Positions 1 to 9,237 of a stretch of 64,000 nt of DNA are shown here, piece by piece (position 1 is the stretch's first letter; each line of letters starts with the position of its first letter). The notes under the pieces were generated by a model. It was given only the letters and a program-made list of their open reading frames with translations, was not told the DNA's origin and did not search any database. The stretch is from Candidatus Buchananbacteria bacterium (GTDB taxonomy: Bacteria; Patescibacteriota; Patescibacteriia; 2-01-FULL-39-33; JBAYJR01), in assembly GCA_041665005.1 (NCBI GenBank), contig JBAYJR010000004.1, positions 20,669 to 84,668 of the forward strand, in the 5' to 3' direction. Position numbers and translations under genes: made by a program.

Positions 1-984
1 ATAATTTTGTAAGGCCGCCGGATCTCTTAATAATTCTTTAACTAACTTAACCAACAACTGATCCGTTAAAAATTGTTGCATTATCACCAGCGCCGCATTG
101 TGTTTTTGGTAATACAAAGCATTGTCTTCTTGATGACTATCGGCAATCGGAATTAAAATAGTCGGTTTACCCAGCACCGATAACTCCGTCATAGTGCCAA
201 GCCCTGCCCGTGACACCACCACATCAGCGGCCGCCAACGCCTCGGGCATTTCGGTGCTTAAAAATTCAAAATTATGATACTGAGAATGCTCTATTCCTTC
301 AATTGTTTTACCGCGACCGGAAGAATGAATAATTTGACAAAATTGTAACAACTCAGGCAAGGCCTTAACTAACACCTCATTAATAAACTGCGCGCCAGTC
401 CCACCACCTAACACCAATAAAGTTGGTAAATCTGGCGACAATTGAAAAAAATCCAAGCCACGCTGTTTGGTACAATTCAAGATTTCTTGACGGGCTGGAT
501 TACCTAAACATTCCGTTTTGGCGGCCGGATAATACTTTAAAGAATCAGGAAAGGTAACCGTAATTTTATCCGCCAACGGGGCGCAAATTTTATTAGCTAA
601 ACCGGGCCGTAAATCTTGCTGATGAATTAAAATTTTTTTTCGCAATAAAAACGCCGCTATCACCACCGGCACCGAAACAAAGCTGCCAGCCGAAACTACC
701 ACCGTTGCCCTAAATTGCCAAATAATTTTTAAGGCTTGACCCAGGCCAACCAAAATTAAAAAAGGATCAACTAAATTATGCCAATCTAAATAACGTCGCA
801 ATTTACCGGACCAAATTGCCTTAAACTCAATTTGATATTTTTCAACTACCGCCTTTTCTGGCCCCGTCTTCGTCCCAATAAACAAAAATTCGGTAGCCAA
901 ATCAAGATTTTTTATTTCTTCATATAAAGCTAATAATGGACTAACCGAACCCATCGTACCGCCACCAGTTAAAATAATCTTCAT
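1..984 (-). CDS. murG: MurG glycosyltransferase (3' end outside window)
   Basis: Manual translation from ATG at 984: MKIILTGGGTMGSVSPLLAL...; frame still open at position 1; follows ftsW. Confidence 0.93.
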   Translation of the reverse strand, partial: MKIILTGGGTMGSVSPLLALYEEIKNLDLATEFLFIGTKTGPEKAVVEKYQIEFKAIWSGKLRRYLDWHNLVDPFLILVGLGQALKIIWQFRATVVVSAGSFVSVPVVIAAFLLRKKILIHQQDLRPGLANKICAPLADKITVTFPDSLKYYPAAKTECLGNPARQEILNCTKQRGLDFFQLSPDLPTLLVLGGGTGAQFINEVLVKALPELLQFCQIIHSSGRGKTIEGIEHSQYHNFEFLSTEMPEALAAADVVVSRAGLGTMTELSVLGKPTILIPIADSHQEDNALYYQKHNAALVIMQQFLTDQLLVKLVKELLRDPAALQNY

Positions 985-1002
985 ATAAAATTAAAATAAT
1001 AA

Positions 1003-2169
1003 TTAACGAACATTGGTCTGCCGAGAAATATTAACTAAAATTCCCATCGCTGACAAGCCGGCTAACAAGGCGCTGCCGCCATAACTAATAAATGGCAGGG
1101 GCACGCCAGTTAAAGGCATTAAGCCAAGCATAGCGCTAATATTTAGAAAAGCTTGGCCGATTATCCAACTAATAATTCCCACCGCTAATAATTCACCAAA
1201 TTTATCCGGCGCCCGCCTAGCCACTTTAATGGCCCGAGCAAATAATACCAAGAAAGCTATAATTAAACCAGCGGAAAATAAAAAACCCATCTCTTCACCA
1301 ATTACCGCAAAAATAGAATCTCCCGTTACTTCCGGTAAATACTGAAACTTTTGGCGTGAATAACCTAAACCCCGACCCAACAGACCACCTGAACCAATGC
1401 CAATCATCGCCTGACGCAACTGGTAGCCTTGATCCTGACTCTCCACCGTGGCAGGATTTAAAAAAGTTTGTAGTCTTTGTTTAGCATGACTAGAGGTCAA
1501 CAATAAGCCCCCAACCAACACTAAGCCAACCGTCGCCAACACTGCCAAATGTCGATAACGAGCACCAGCCACAAAATATAAAGTAGCGCCCATTAACAAA
1601 AAAATTGACATAGTGCCAAAATCTGGCTGTAAAGCCACTAAACCTAGTACCACTAACAAAATAACAACCACCGGCAACACCCCCAGCCATAAATTCTTTA
1701 CGGCCTCGCCTTTTTGGGCCAAAAAAGCGCTAAAAAACAAAGCAAAAACTACCTTAGCCAACTCGGATGGCTGGACCGGTATGCCAAAAAGTTGCACCCA
1801 GCTTAAGGCACCTTTGTTTAAAGAAGTGCCCAAACCTGGAATAAAAACTGACAATAATAAGGCCAGCAAAGCCACTGCCACCCAGGTTTTAGCTTTAAGC
1901 CAAAAATGATAATCTAGGCGTGATAAAATAAAAAATAAAATTAGACCCGGTAAAAAGCCAACCAATAATTGATGCTTAATAAAATAAAAAGAATCACCAA
2001 ATTTTTGATACCCCACCGCCGAACCAGCCGAAGCCAGCATAAACAAACCGACAAAAACAATAAAAAATAACGAGCCGAGCAACCAATAATCCGGCCGATG
2101 CAAATAATTGCTGGCGGATAAATTTTGCGTTAAAAAACGCGAAGATGATCTGGTGCGACGTCTAATCAT
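1003..2169 (-). CDS. ftsW: FtsW (SEDS family) peptidoglycan polymerase
   Basis: Multi-TM protein with QPSELAK, QPDFGT and PLTGVPLPFISYGGS motifs; between murD and murG. Confidence 0.93.
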   Translation of the reverse strand: MIRRRTRSSSRFLTQNLSASNYLHRPDYWLLGSLFFIVFVGLFMLASAGSAVGYQKFGDSFYFIKHQLLVGFLPGLILFFILSRLDYHFWLKAKTWVAVALLALLLSVFIPGLGTSLNKGALSWVQLFGIPVQPSELAKVVFALFFSAFLAQKGEAVKNLWLGVLPVVVILLVVLGLVALQPDFGTMSIFLLMGATLYFVAGARYRHLAVLATVGLVLVGGLLLTSSHAKQRLQTFLNPATVESQDQGYQLRQAMIGIGSGGLLGRGLGYSRQKFQYLPEVTGDSIFAVIGEEMGFLFSAGLIIAFLVLFARAIKVARRAPDKFGELLAVGIISWIIGQAFLNISAMLGLMPLTGVPLPFISYGGSALLAGLSAMGILVNISRQTNVR

Positions 2170-2171
2170 AA

Positions 2172-3590
2172 TTATTTTAATTTCTTAATATTTTTTAAAA
2201 ACTGCTGACCGCGATCAAATTCATTTTTAAACAAGCCAAAAGAGGCACAGGCTGGTGATAATAAAATTACCCCTCCCCGCTTAGCCTTTAGCCAAGCCAG
2301 CTTAACCGCCTCGGACATGCTGCTCACTTCAGCTAAACTGGAATAATTTTTTAAGTCAGCTTTAATTTTTTCCGTGCCCGCACCGGGCAATAATACTAAA
2401 TATTTAACCCGGCGCTTAATTTCTTTAGTTAATCCAGAAAATTCTAGTTTTTTATCAGCCCCCCCAGCAATTAAAATTATTTGCTGGGCAGTTTTGGTTA
2501 AGGCCTGCAAAGCAGCTAAGGTGGCATCTGGCGTCGTCGCCGTAGTGTCATTATAAAAATTTATACCGCGTAAACCTTTTACTAATTCCAACCGATTAGC
2601 TAGGCCCACAAATTTTAAACTTTGCTTGCGAACAATTTTTAAGGGCACTCCAAAAGCCAAAGCGGCCGTAGTGGCAATTAAAACATTTTTAACGTTGTGC
2701 TCACCTAAAACTTTTAATTGCTTAACGCGACAAATTTTTTGCTCTTGACCGAACCGTCTAAAATATAAAACTTGATTTTTAATAAACCCACCATTTTGTT
2801 CGGCAAAATATTTTTGACTAACCCAAAACCTTTGGGCTAAACAACGAATACCCATCGCTTTGGTAAATTTATTATCCAAATCAAACACTGCAATATCTGA
2901 TGGTTGTTGATAGCGCCAAAGATGTTCCTTGGCCGCGGCATATTCTTTAAGATTTTTATAAGTGTTTAAATGATCCGGCAAAATATTAGTAACGATTGCT
3001 AATTGCGGAGATTTTTTAAGATCAGCCAAGCTTTCTGCCATCCAAGAAGAAATTTCTAAAACTACCGGCGTGGTTGGTTTTAAATTTTTTAAGTGCAATA
3101 ATGGCGATTGCCCTAAATTACCCCCCAGTAAACTTTGCGGCTCCCAGGCTTTGATAATTTGGTAAAGTAAAGTAGCGGTAGTGCTTTTACCACGGGTGCC
3201 GGTCACGCCTAAAATTGGCCCGGCATAAAGTTTAATAAATAAACTAATATCGGTATAAATCGGAATTTTATTGGCCCGCGCCAACTTTAAAAAATTTGAA
3301 CTAGCTGGCACTCCCGGGTTGCGAATAATTATTTTAGCCGCGGCAAAATCTTTGGCCCGATGCTTGCCTAAAACAAAAGTTAATTTAGCCAAAGGATGTT
3401 GCTTAGCAAATTTTTGTAATTCCTTAACTGGTTTAGCAAGTTGTTTACTGGTTTTTAAATCGGTTATCAAAACTTTAGCTTGTTGCTCAATAAAAAATTT
3501 GGCCGCGGAAATACCGCTACCTTGTTCGTATAGGCCTAAGCCCATAATTACTACTTTTTGGCCAAAAAAATTGTTGGATTTTTCTACCAT
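2172..3590 (-). CDS. murD: UDP-N-acetylmuramoyl-L-alanine--D-glutamate ligase
   Basis: GVTGTRGKSTT P-loop, LEISSW, NDTTAT, LLSPACASF motifs. Confidence 0.95.
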   Translation of the reverse strand: MVEKSNNFFGQKVVIMGLGLYEQGSGISAAKFFIEQQAKVLITDLKTSKQLAKPVKELQKFAKQHPLAKLTFVLGKHRAKDFAAAKIIIRNPGVPASSNFLKLARANKIPIYTDISLFIKLYAGPILGVTGTRGKSTTATLLYQIIKAWEPQSLLGGNLGQSPLLHLKNLKPTTPVVLEISSWMAESLADLKKSPQLAIVTNILPDHLNTYKNLKEYAAAKEHLWRYQQPSDIAVFDLDNKFTKAMGIRCLAQRFWVSQKYFAEQNGGFIKNQVLYFRRFGQEQKICRVKQLKVLGEHNVKNVLIATTAALAFGVPLKIVRKQSLKFVGLANRLELVKGLRGINFYNDTTATTPDATLAALQALTKTAQQIILIAGGADKKLEFSGLTKEIKRRVKYLVLLPGAGTEKIKADLKNYSSLAEVSSMSEAVKLAWLKAKRGGVILLSPACASFGLFKNEFDRGQQFLKNIKKLK

Positions 3591-3610
3591 ATAACTTGTC
3601 TAGTATAACA

Positions 3611-3638
3611 AAAATCCGCGGTTTTTTCAAACCGCGGA
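3611..3638 (-). terminator. Intrinsic terminator after the leader-family array
   Basis: 10-bp stem tccgcggttt (3615-3624)/aaaccgcgga (3629-3638), 4-nt loop, T-run on - strand; extended -10 (TGnTATACT, 3602-3610) for murD follows. Confidence 0.7.
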
Positions 3639-3672
3639 ATAAAGTAAAAAAAATAAAATCAAAGACCAAAGA

Positions 3673-4737
3673 TCAAAGAATACTCACCAAAAAACGGCCA
3701 GCCTTGCTGGAATTGGGATTGCCCGGAGCGCCCTGAATCAAGTCGACCTGCGCAAAGTTACGATAGAAATAGACATACGGCACGCAGCCAAGTTTTTTTA
3801 AACAACTGCTAAGCAGATAACAAGCCTTGCTCGAACCTTGATAACCATCAATCACTTGGTTGGTTTGGGTTAAGTGGCTTAAGGCATAAATTAACCATGA
3901 TTCTGGGGTTAGACCTTGTTCACCTTTATACTGAGGGTCGGTTTGGAGTTGTTTAAGATAGTTATTGGGTGATTGGTTAGCTTCTGGTTGCTGGCGATGA
4001 GCGATGATTTTACCTTGGCCTTCGGGTGGAAGGTCGGGTAGGTCTTCAAGTAACAGGACTTGCCAGGCTTGGGTGGGTAAAAGTTCTTGTTTGGTTTTAC
4101 CTTGGTGATCAGTTTTGGAATATTCTTGGGGGAAATATGCTAAATCTCCTGTGGCTTCAGCTTCTACCAATCCAGCATCATCAAAAATAAACTTTGTGCC
4201 AATCTCTTTATTAAGCCCTAAGGGTTGATTTTGGGTATCTCGGAGCTCACCTCGCTGATGATGTTCTATTAGAGCCCTGTCATAAGCCTCTATTAGAGAA
4301 CCTATTGGTAAACCAAAAGGAACAAGGATTAGTTTAACAAAGCCTTGTTTAATTTTAGTTTCAAAAAACTTACGTTTTTCTAGCATTATTTCTTCAATCT
4401 GTTCTAGGGTGGGTATGGGGTATTCTTGCTTATCAATTGCTTCAATACCTAATTTGCCAGTGGAGAGGGTTTTTAGGAGGTTGTTTTTACGGAGAATGTC
4501 TACTTGGGCTTCATACTGGGCTTTAAGGTTTTCTGGGGTTAGTTCGGGGGTGTTGAGCCAGAGTTGGTCTTGGAGTTCTTGGAGGGTTTGTTCTAATTTA
4601 GTTTTAGCTTCTCTGATAAAGATAAGATCGTCTGACTTTCCTGTTTGCGGTAAACCGGCTAATTCTTGATTGAATGTTTGTTTTAGTTGTTTAAGAGACT
4701 CTAGTTCAAGGGTAAGTCTTTGACAGGATTGAGGCAT
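3673..4737 (-). CDS. Leader-family protein with C-type-lectin-like (DGR target-like) C-terminal domain
   Basis: N-term MPQSCQRLTLELESLKQLKQ...; paralog of 6049..7107 and 51558..52631; C-term VPxxxFxR...VxL...P...GRFxVSI. Confidence 0.8.
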   Translation of the reverse strand: MPQSCQRLTLELESLKQLKQTFNQELAGLPQTGKSDDLIFIREAKTKLEQTLQELQDQLWLNTPELTPENLKAQYEAQVDILRKNNLLKTLSTGKLGIEAIDKQEYPIPTLEQIEEIMLEKRKFFETKIKQGFVKLILVPFGLPIGSLIEAYDRALIEHHQRGELRDTQNQPLGLNKEIGTKFIFDDAGLVEAEATGDLAYFPQEYSKTDHQGKTKQELLPTQAWQVLLLEDLPDLPPEGQGKIIAHRQQPEANQSPNNYLKQLQTDPQYKGEQGLTPESWLIYALSHLTQTNQVIDGYQGSSKACYLLSSCLKKLGCVPYVYFYRNFAQVDLIQGAPGNPNSSKAGRFLVSIL

Positions 4738-4762
4738 AAAATATTTTTAAAAAATATTATAC

Positions 4763-6037
4763 TTAAATCTGTTTATTTATTTCTAAATACTTAACAAAAG
4801 TTTTAAAATCAACCGGAAGATCTTGGGCTAATCTATCTAAAGGACTTTTGTCTGCAAAAAGACCCTTTCTGCTTGCTATTTTTTCAAATATTTCATTTCT
4901 AAAGCCCCAAGCCTGAGGAGAATCTAAACCAGCTAAACTTCTAACCAAGCCAAAAAATATATCAGTATTTATGGTTGAATTTTCAGTAGTGGCTAAGATT
5001 AGATTTCTTAAATTCCACGCCTCTGGGGAGTCTAATCCCGCCAAACTTTTGGCAAGCTCTTTATTATAATTTGTATTTAATAAATTCCTTCGCCACTCCC
5101 AAGCTTGCTCAGAATCCAAGCCGGTTAAACTTTCAATAGTATTAATTATATTTGCTCCTCCTACTGTTAAACCCAACTTTTTTCTAAACTCCCAAGCTCT
5201 GGCAGAGTCTAAACCGGCCAAACTGGACATAAGTTTGTTACTACGACTAATCTTATTTTGTTTTGTCGTAGCTTTTAAAATATCTCCCCTAAACTCCCAG
5301 GCGGCCGGAGAATCCAAACCTTTTACACTCTCAATTATACGATCCAAATCTACTTGCTGGTCAAATAATTCTGCTCTAAATTCCCAGGCGGCCGGAGAAT
5401 CCAAACCGACCAAGCTAAGGACTAACTCGGGTATATTTTCCTTTTGCTTTAACAATTTTTTTCGCCACTCCCAAGCCTGAGGAGAATCTAAACCATCTAA
5501 ACTACGAGCAATATAACCATTAGTTAATTCGTCCGACAACTTTTCTCGCCACTCCCAAGCTCTGGCAGAATCCAAGCCAGTCAAGCTAGTTGCTATAAAG
5601 CCTTTTCTTCCTACCTGGGCTAAAAGATTTTCTCGCCATTCCCAAGCTTTAGGAGAATCCAAACCAGTTAAACTGATTTCCAAACAACCTTCGGCTACTT
5701 TTTGTGCTAATAACCTTTCTCTTAATTTCCAAGCCGAATCGGAATCAAAATATTTTAATCCCAAGGCAATAAAATTTTGATCAAAATTTTCGGCTAAAAG
5801 TTGCTCGTAATATTCAAGACAATGTTGTTCAAATTCGGCATAAATAAATTCCGGCATTGACCGCTCAATTTTTTTTAAAGCAAATTTAAAATCTTCTTTA
5901 ATTTTCCTAAGCAAAGCTAAGTCCTCGGACTTTTTGGAGTCTAGATCTTTAATTTTAGTTAATTCCAAATCAAACTGTTGTTTAAGCGTTTTAAGGGATT
6001 CTAGTTTGGTAGTAAGTTCTGGGCAAAGTTGGGGCAT
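4763..6037 (-). CDS. Leader-family protein with ~10 SLxGLDSxxAWExR alpha-helical repeats
   Basis: N-term MPQLCPELTTKLESLK; nine clear and one degenerate repeat (HEAT-like solenoid inferred). Confidence 0.8.
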   Translation of the reverse strand: MPQLCPELTTKLESLKTLKQQFDLELTKIKDLDSKKSEDLALLRKIKEDFKFALKKIERSMPEFIYAEFEQHCLEYYEQLLAENFDQNFIALGLKYFDSDSAWKLRERLLAQKVAEGCLEISLTGLDSPKAWEWRENLLAQVGRKGFIATSLTGLDSARAWEWREKLSDELTNGYIARSLDGLDSPQAWEWRKKLLKQKENIPELVLSLVGLDSPAAWEFRAELFDQQVDLDRIIESVKGLDSPAAWEFRGDILKATTKQNKISRSNKLMSSLAGLDSARAWEFRKKLGLTVGGANIINTIESLTGLDSEQAWEWRRNLLNTNYNKELAKSLAGLDSPEAWNLRNLILATTENSTINTDIFFGLVRSLAGLDSPQAWGFRNEIFEKIASRKGLFADKSPLDRLAQDLPVDFKTFVKYLEINKQI

Positions 6038-6048
6038 AAATATTTTAT

Positions 6049-7107
6049 TTAAGAAATACTTACTGCAAACCGGCCGGTACCGTCAGAACCGGAATCGTCC
6101 GGATCATACTGAACCAAGTAGACCCGAGCACGGCCACGGCCGAAGCCGGCGAACGGCACGCTGCCAAATTCTTTAAAACAACTACTAAGTAAATAACAAG
6201 CCTTACCCGAACCCTGATAATTATCAATCACTTGGCTAGTTTGTTCTAAATGACTTAGGGCATAAACTAGCCAGGATTCCGGGGTTAAACCTTGTTCACC
6301 TTTATATTGAGGGTCAGTTTGGAGTTGTTTAAGATAGCTATTGGGTGATTGGTTAGCTTCTGGTTGCTGACGTTTAGCTATGATTTTACCTTGACCTTCA
6401 GCTGGAAGGTCGGGTGAGTCTTCAAGTAGTAGGACTTGCCAGGCTTGGGTGGGTAGAAGTTCCTGTTTGGTTTTACCTTGATGAGTAGTTTTGGAGTATT
6501 CTTGGGGAAAATATACCAAGTCTCCTTTTTCATCAGCCTTTGCGTATTCAACCAAGTCATTAATAGGTTCTCCCTTAAGCTCTAAGGGTTTATTTTGGGT
6601 GTCCAAAAGTTTGCCTTGCTGGTGGTGTTCGGTTAGGGCATCGCCATAGGCCTCTTTCAGAGAGCTAATTGGTAAGCCAAAGGGAACAAGAACTAGCTTG
6701 ACAAAACCTTGATTGATTTTGGTTTTAAAGAATTCTGGTTTTTCTAGAATTGTTTCTTTAATCTGTTCTAGGGTGGGTATGGGATATTCCTGCTTATCAA
6801 TTGCTTCAATGCCTAGTTCACCAGTGGTGAGGGTTTTTAGGAGGTTGTTTTTACGGAGGAGGTCTACTTGGGCTTCGTACTGAGTTTTAAGGCTTTCTTG
6901 AGCTAGTTCAAGAGTTTCTATCCATATTTTGTTTTGAAAGTCTTGGAGGGTTTGGTTTAGTTTGGATTTTATATTTCTGATGAAAATAAGATCGTCTGAC
7001 TTTTTGGAATCGAGATTTTTAATTTTAGTAAATTCCAAATCAAACTGTTGTTTAAGCGTTTTAAGGGATTCTAGTTTGGTAGTAAGTTCGGGGCATTGAG
7101 AATTCAT
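6049..7107 (-). CDS. Leader-family protein with C-type-lectin-like (DGR target-like) C-terminal domain
   Basis: Start moved to ATG 7107 (MNSQCPELTTKLESLK) by alignment with paralogs; body highly similar to 3673..4737. Confidence 0.8.
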   Translation of the reverse strand: MNSQCPELTTKLESLKTLKQQFDLEFTKIKNLDSKKSDDLIFIRNIKSKLNQTLQDFQNKIWIETLELAQESLKTQYEAQVDLLRKNNLLKTLTTGELGIEAIDKQEYPIPTLEQIKETILEKPEFFKTKINQGFVKLVLVPFGLPISSLKEAYGDALTEHHQQGKLLDTQNKPLELKGEPINDLVEYAKADEKGDLVYFPQEYSKTTHQGKTKQELLPTQAWQVLLLEDSPDLPAEGQGKIIAKRQQPEANQSPNSYLKQLQTDPQYKGEQGLTPESWLVYALSHLEQTSQVIDNYQGSGKACYLLSSCFKEFGSVPFAGFGRGRARVYLVQYDPDDSGSDGTGRFAVSIS

Positions 7108-7151
7108 AAAGATAGCAATTAACAACAAAAACTATTAAATCAGTTAACCAA

Positions 7152-8195
7152 CTATATTTTATCCAACAAAAATATAATCAAGCCAATCGCCGCCATTACT
7201 CCGGAGATTACCCAAAACCGCATCACAATTTTTGTTTCCGGCCAACCAATCGCCTCCAAGTGATGGTGGATTGGTGCGGATAAAAAAACTTTTCGCTTAA
7301 ATACCTTTTTAGAAAAGACTTGGATGATTACTGATAAAGATTCAATTACAAACAATAAACCAATAATTGGCAACAACAAAACTTGATTAGTTAACATCGC
7401 CACAATTCCTAAAACCACCCCCAAAGACATTGCCCCAGTATCTCCCAAAAAGAATCTAGCGGGATTAATATTAAACCACAAGAAGGCTAATAGCGCTCCC
7501 GAAATCACCCCGCACAAAGTTGCTAAATCATATTTACCTTGAGCAAAAGCAATAATACCATAAGAAGCAAAAGCGGCCATTAAGGTGCCACCGGCCAAAC
7601 CATCCAAACCATCAATTTCATTGACCGAAAAAGCGGTGGCCACAATTACAAAAATAAACATTGGAAGATACCACCAGCCAATTTCATAATTACCCATAAA
7701 TGGCACATGAATAAAATTCCAACCCAATTTATAATAAAACCAATAAGCTCCTACGGTCGCAATTAAAGTGTAAGTTAACAAACGGGCCTTAACGCTTAAA
7801 CCGCCACCCTTAGGGCCCCAGCGCCAAACATTTAATAAATCATCAACTAATCCAACTACCGCCGCGGCCACCAAAGCACCCAAAGGCAACCAGGTTTGAC
7901 TACGACTTAAAAAATTTAAATCCGACCAAAAACCGTCAAAATATTGACTGAGGTAATAAACTGCCAAGGCTAAAACTAAAGTAGTCACCCACACCAACAA
8001 GCCACCCATCGTCGGCGTGCCGGATTTTTTTTGATGAATGGCCGACATAATCGGCGCGGCTTCGGAAGCGCGAATTTGCTTGCCTAGTTTATATTTATAC
8101 AAAAAGTGAGTCAACAGCGGCGTCCACATTACTGCCAACACAAAAGACAAAGTAGTTAAGAAAAAAGTTTTAGCAATTAACAAATTTAAACTCAT
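7152..8195 (-). CDS. mraY: Phospho-N-acetylmuramoyl-pentapeptide transferase
   Basis: KSGTPTMGG, GLVDD, NEIDGLDGLA, FLGDTG, APIHHH motifs. Confidence 0.96.
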   Translation of the reverse strand: MSLNLLIAKTFFLTTLSFVLAVMWTPLLTHFLYKYKLGKQIRASEAAPIMSAIHQKKSGTPTMGGLLVWVTTLVLALAVYYLSQYFDGFWSDLNFLSRSQTWLPLGALVAAAVVGLVDDLLNVWRWGPKGGGLSVKARLLTYTLIATVGAYWFYYKLGWNFIHVPFMGNYEIGWWYLPMFIFVIVATAFSVNEIDGLDGLAGGTLMAAFASYGIIAFAQGKYDLATLCGVISGALLAFLWFNINPARFFLGDTGAMSLGVVLGIVAMLTNQVLLLPIIGLLFVIESLSVIIQVFSKKVFKRKVFLSAPIHHHLEAIGWPETKIVMRFWVISGVMAAIGLIIFLLDKI

Positions 8196-8566
8196 ATATT
8201 GATTGAATAAATTAAACTAACCGCAATTAAAAAAATTATTTGAACAATCGTAGTTATTTGAATTAAAACTAAACTTAATAACTTTTCTTTAGTGTATAAA
8301 AATAAGGCTAAGCCAAAATTTAAAACTACCAAAAAACCCGCTAAGGCCGGATAAACCAGCAACCAGGTCCAAGGGCCTAAAAAATCTACGCCAAAATAGA
8401 TATTGTAATGCAAGACTAAAGAATGAGAAACTGGTTGAGCCAATAACAACACCAAAAACCACAGCACCGGATAAAGCACTAAACACAACCAAAAATTTAC
8501 CAGCACAAACAAGTCACGTCTGGCCGGATGATTAGCTAAATATTCTTTAGCGCGAGTGTAAAACAT
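8192..8566 (-). CDS. Small membrane protein
   Basis: Three hydrophobic segments, LHYNIYFGVD loop; overlaps mraY start by 4 nt. Confidence 0.75.
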   Translation of the reverse strand: MFYTRAKEYLANHPARRDLFVLVNFWLCLVLYPVLWFLVLLLAQPVSHSLVLHYNIYFGVDFLGPWTWLLVYPALAGFLVVLNFGLALFLYTKEKLLSLVLIQITTIVQIIFLIAVSLIYSINI

Positions 8567-8680
8567 AAAAATATTTTACCAAAAAACCCAGGCTTTGTCC
8601 AATTAATTCAAACACTGACCTAGGTTAATAATCCCCTAAATAAAGCAGGGACAAAATTATTTGTCCCTGAAAAAAACTTG

Positions 8681-9100
8681 TTAAAAATTAAATTTTCTAA
8701 TCCGCTCAAGCAGTAATTCTAACTGCTTAATTAAATAATCATAATCTGGCTGACTTAAAGCTTCAGGCTTAACAATAACTCGAGCTAAGCCCGCGCTCAC
8801 TTTATTGGTCTCAAACTCCCAACAGTTCCTAACTACCTGACTGACAAACAAGGCCAACATACCCTCATCATCCTTATTTACCTCGTTGGTAGTTTCTTGG
8901 TTATGCTCATCGGCAAAAACCAAAAGATTACGCGTTTTAACAAACCAATGATTTTTTTCCTGCGCGACAGTTTTGTTGCCAAATTCATGACGAGCTAAAT
9001 CATGTAACCGAACAATGGTGTTATTCAGGATGTGCTCTAAGTCAGATTTATGTTGCAAAACTGGCAGTTGAACAATCCCAGCGGAGTTCTCGCCACTCAT
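8681..9100 (-). CDS. Hypothetical protein
   Basis: 139-aa ORF with AAGGAGG SD; downstream hairpin 8646-8669. Confidence 0.7.
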   Translation of the reverse strand: MSGENSAGIVQLPVLQHKSDLEHILNNTIVRLHDLARHEFGNKTVAQEKNHWFVKTRNLLVFADEHNQETTNEVNKDDEGMLALFVSQVVRNCWEFETNKVSAGLARVIVKPEALSQPDYDYLIKQLELLLERIRKFNF

Positions 9101-9237
9101 AATAATCCCTCCTTTAGTTTAGATTATTAATGTTTTAACAAAGAACGATGAAACAGTCAAGTTTTTAATTAATTGATAAATTGTTTTACTCCTAATAATT
9201 ATGTTATAATATACTAAGTTTTAATCTCTCAAACTCC

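Noticed and set aside
4690-7107. Leader Cys5 as a lipoprotein lipobox or Sec signal
   Set aside because: No hydrophobic h-region precedes or follows the Cys; the leader is charged and amphipathic.
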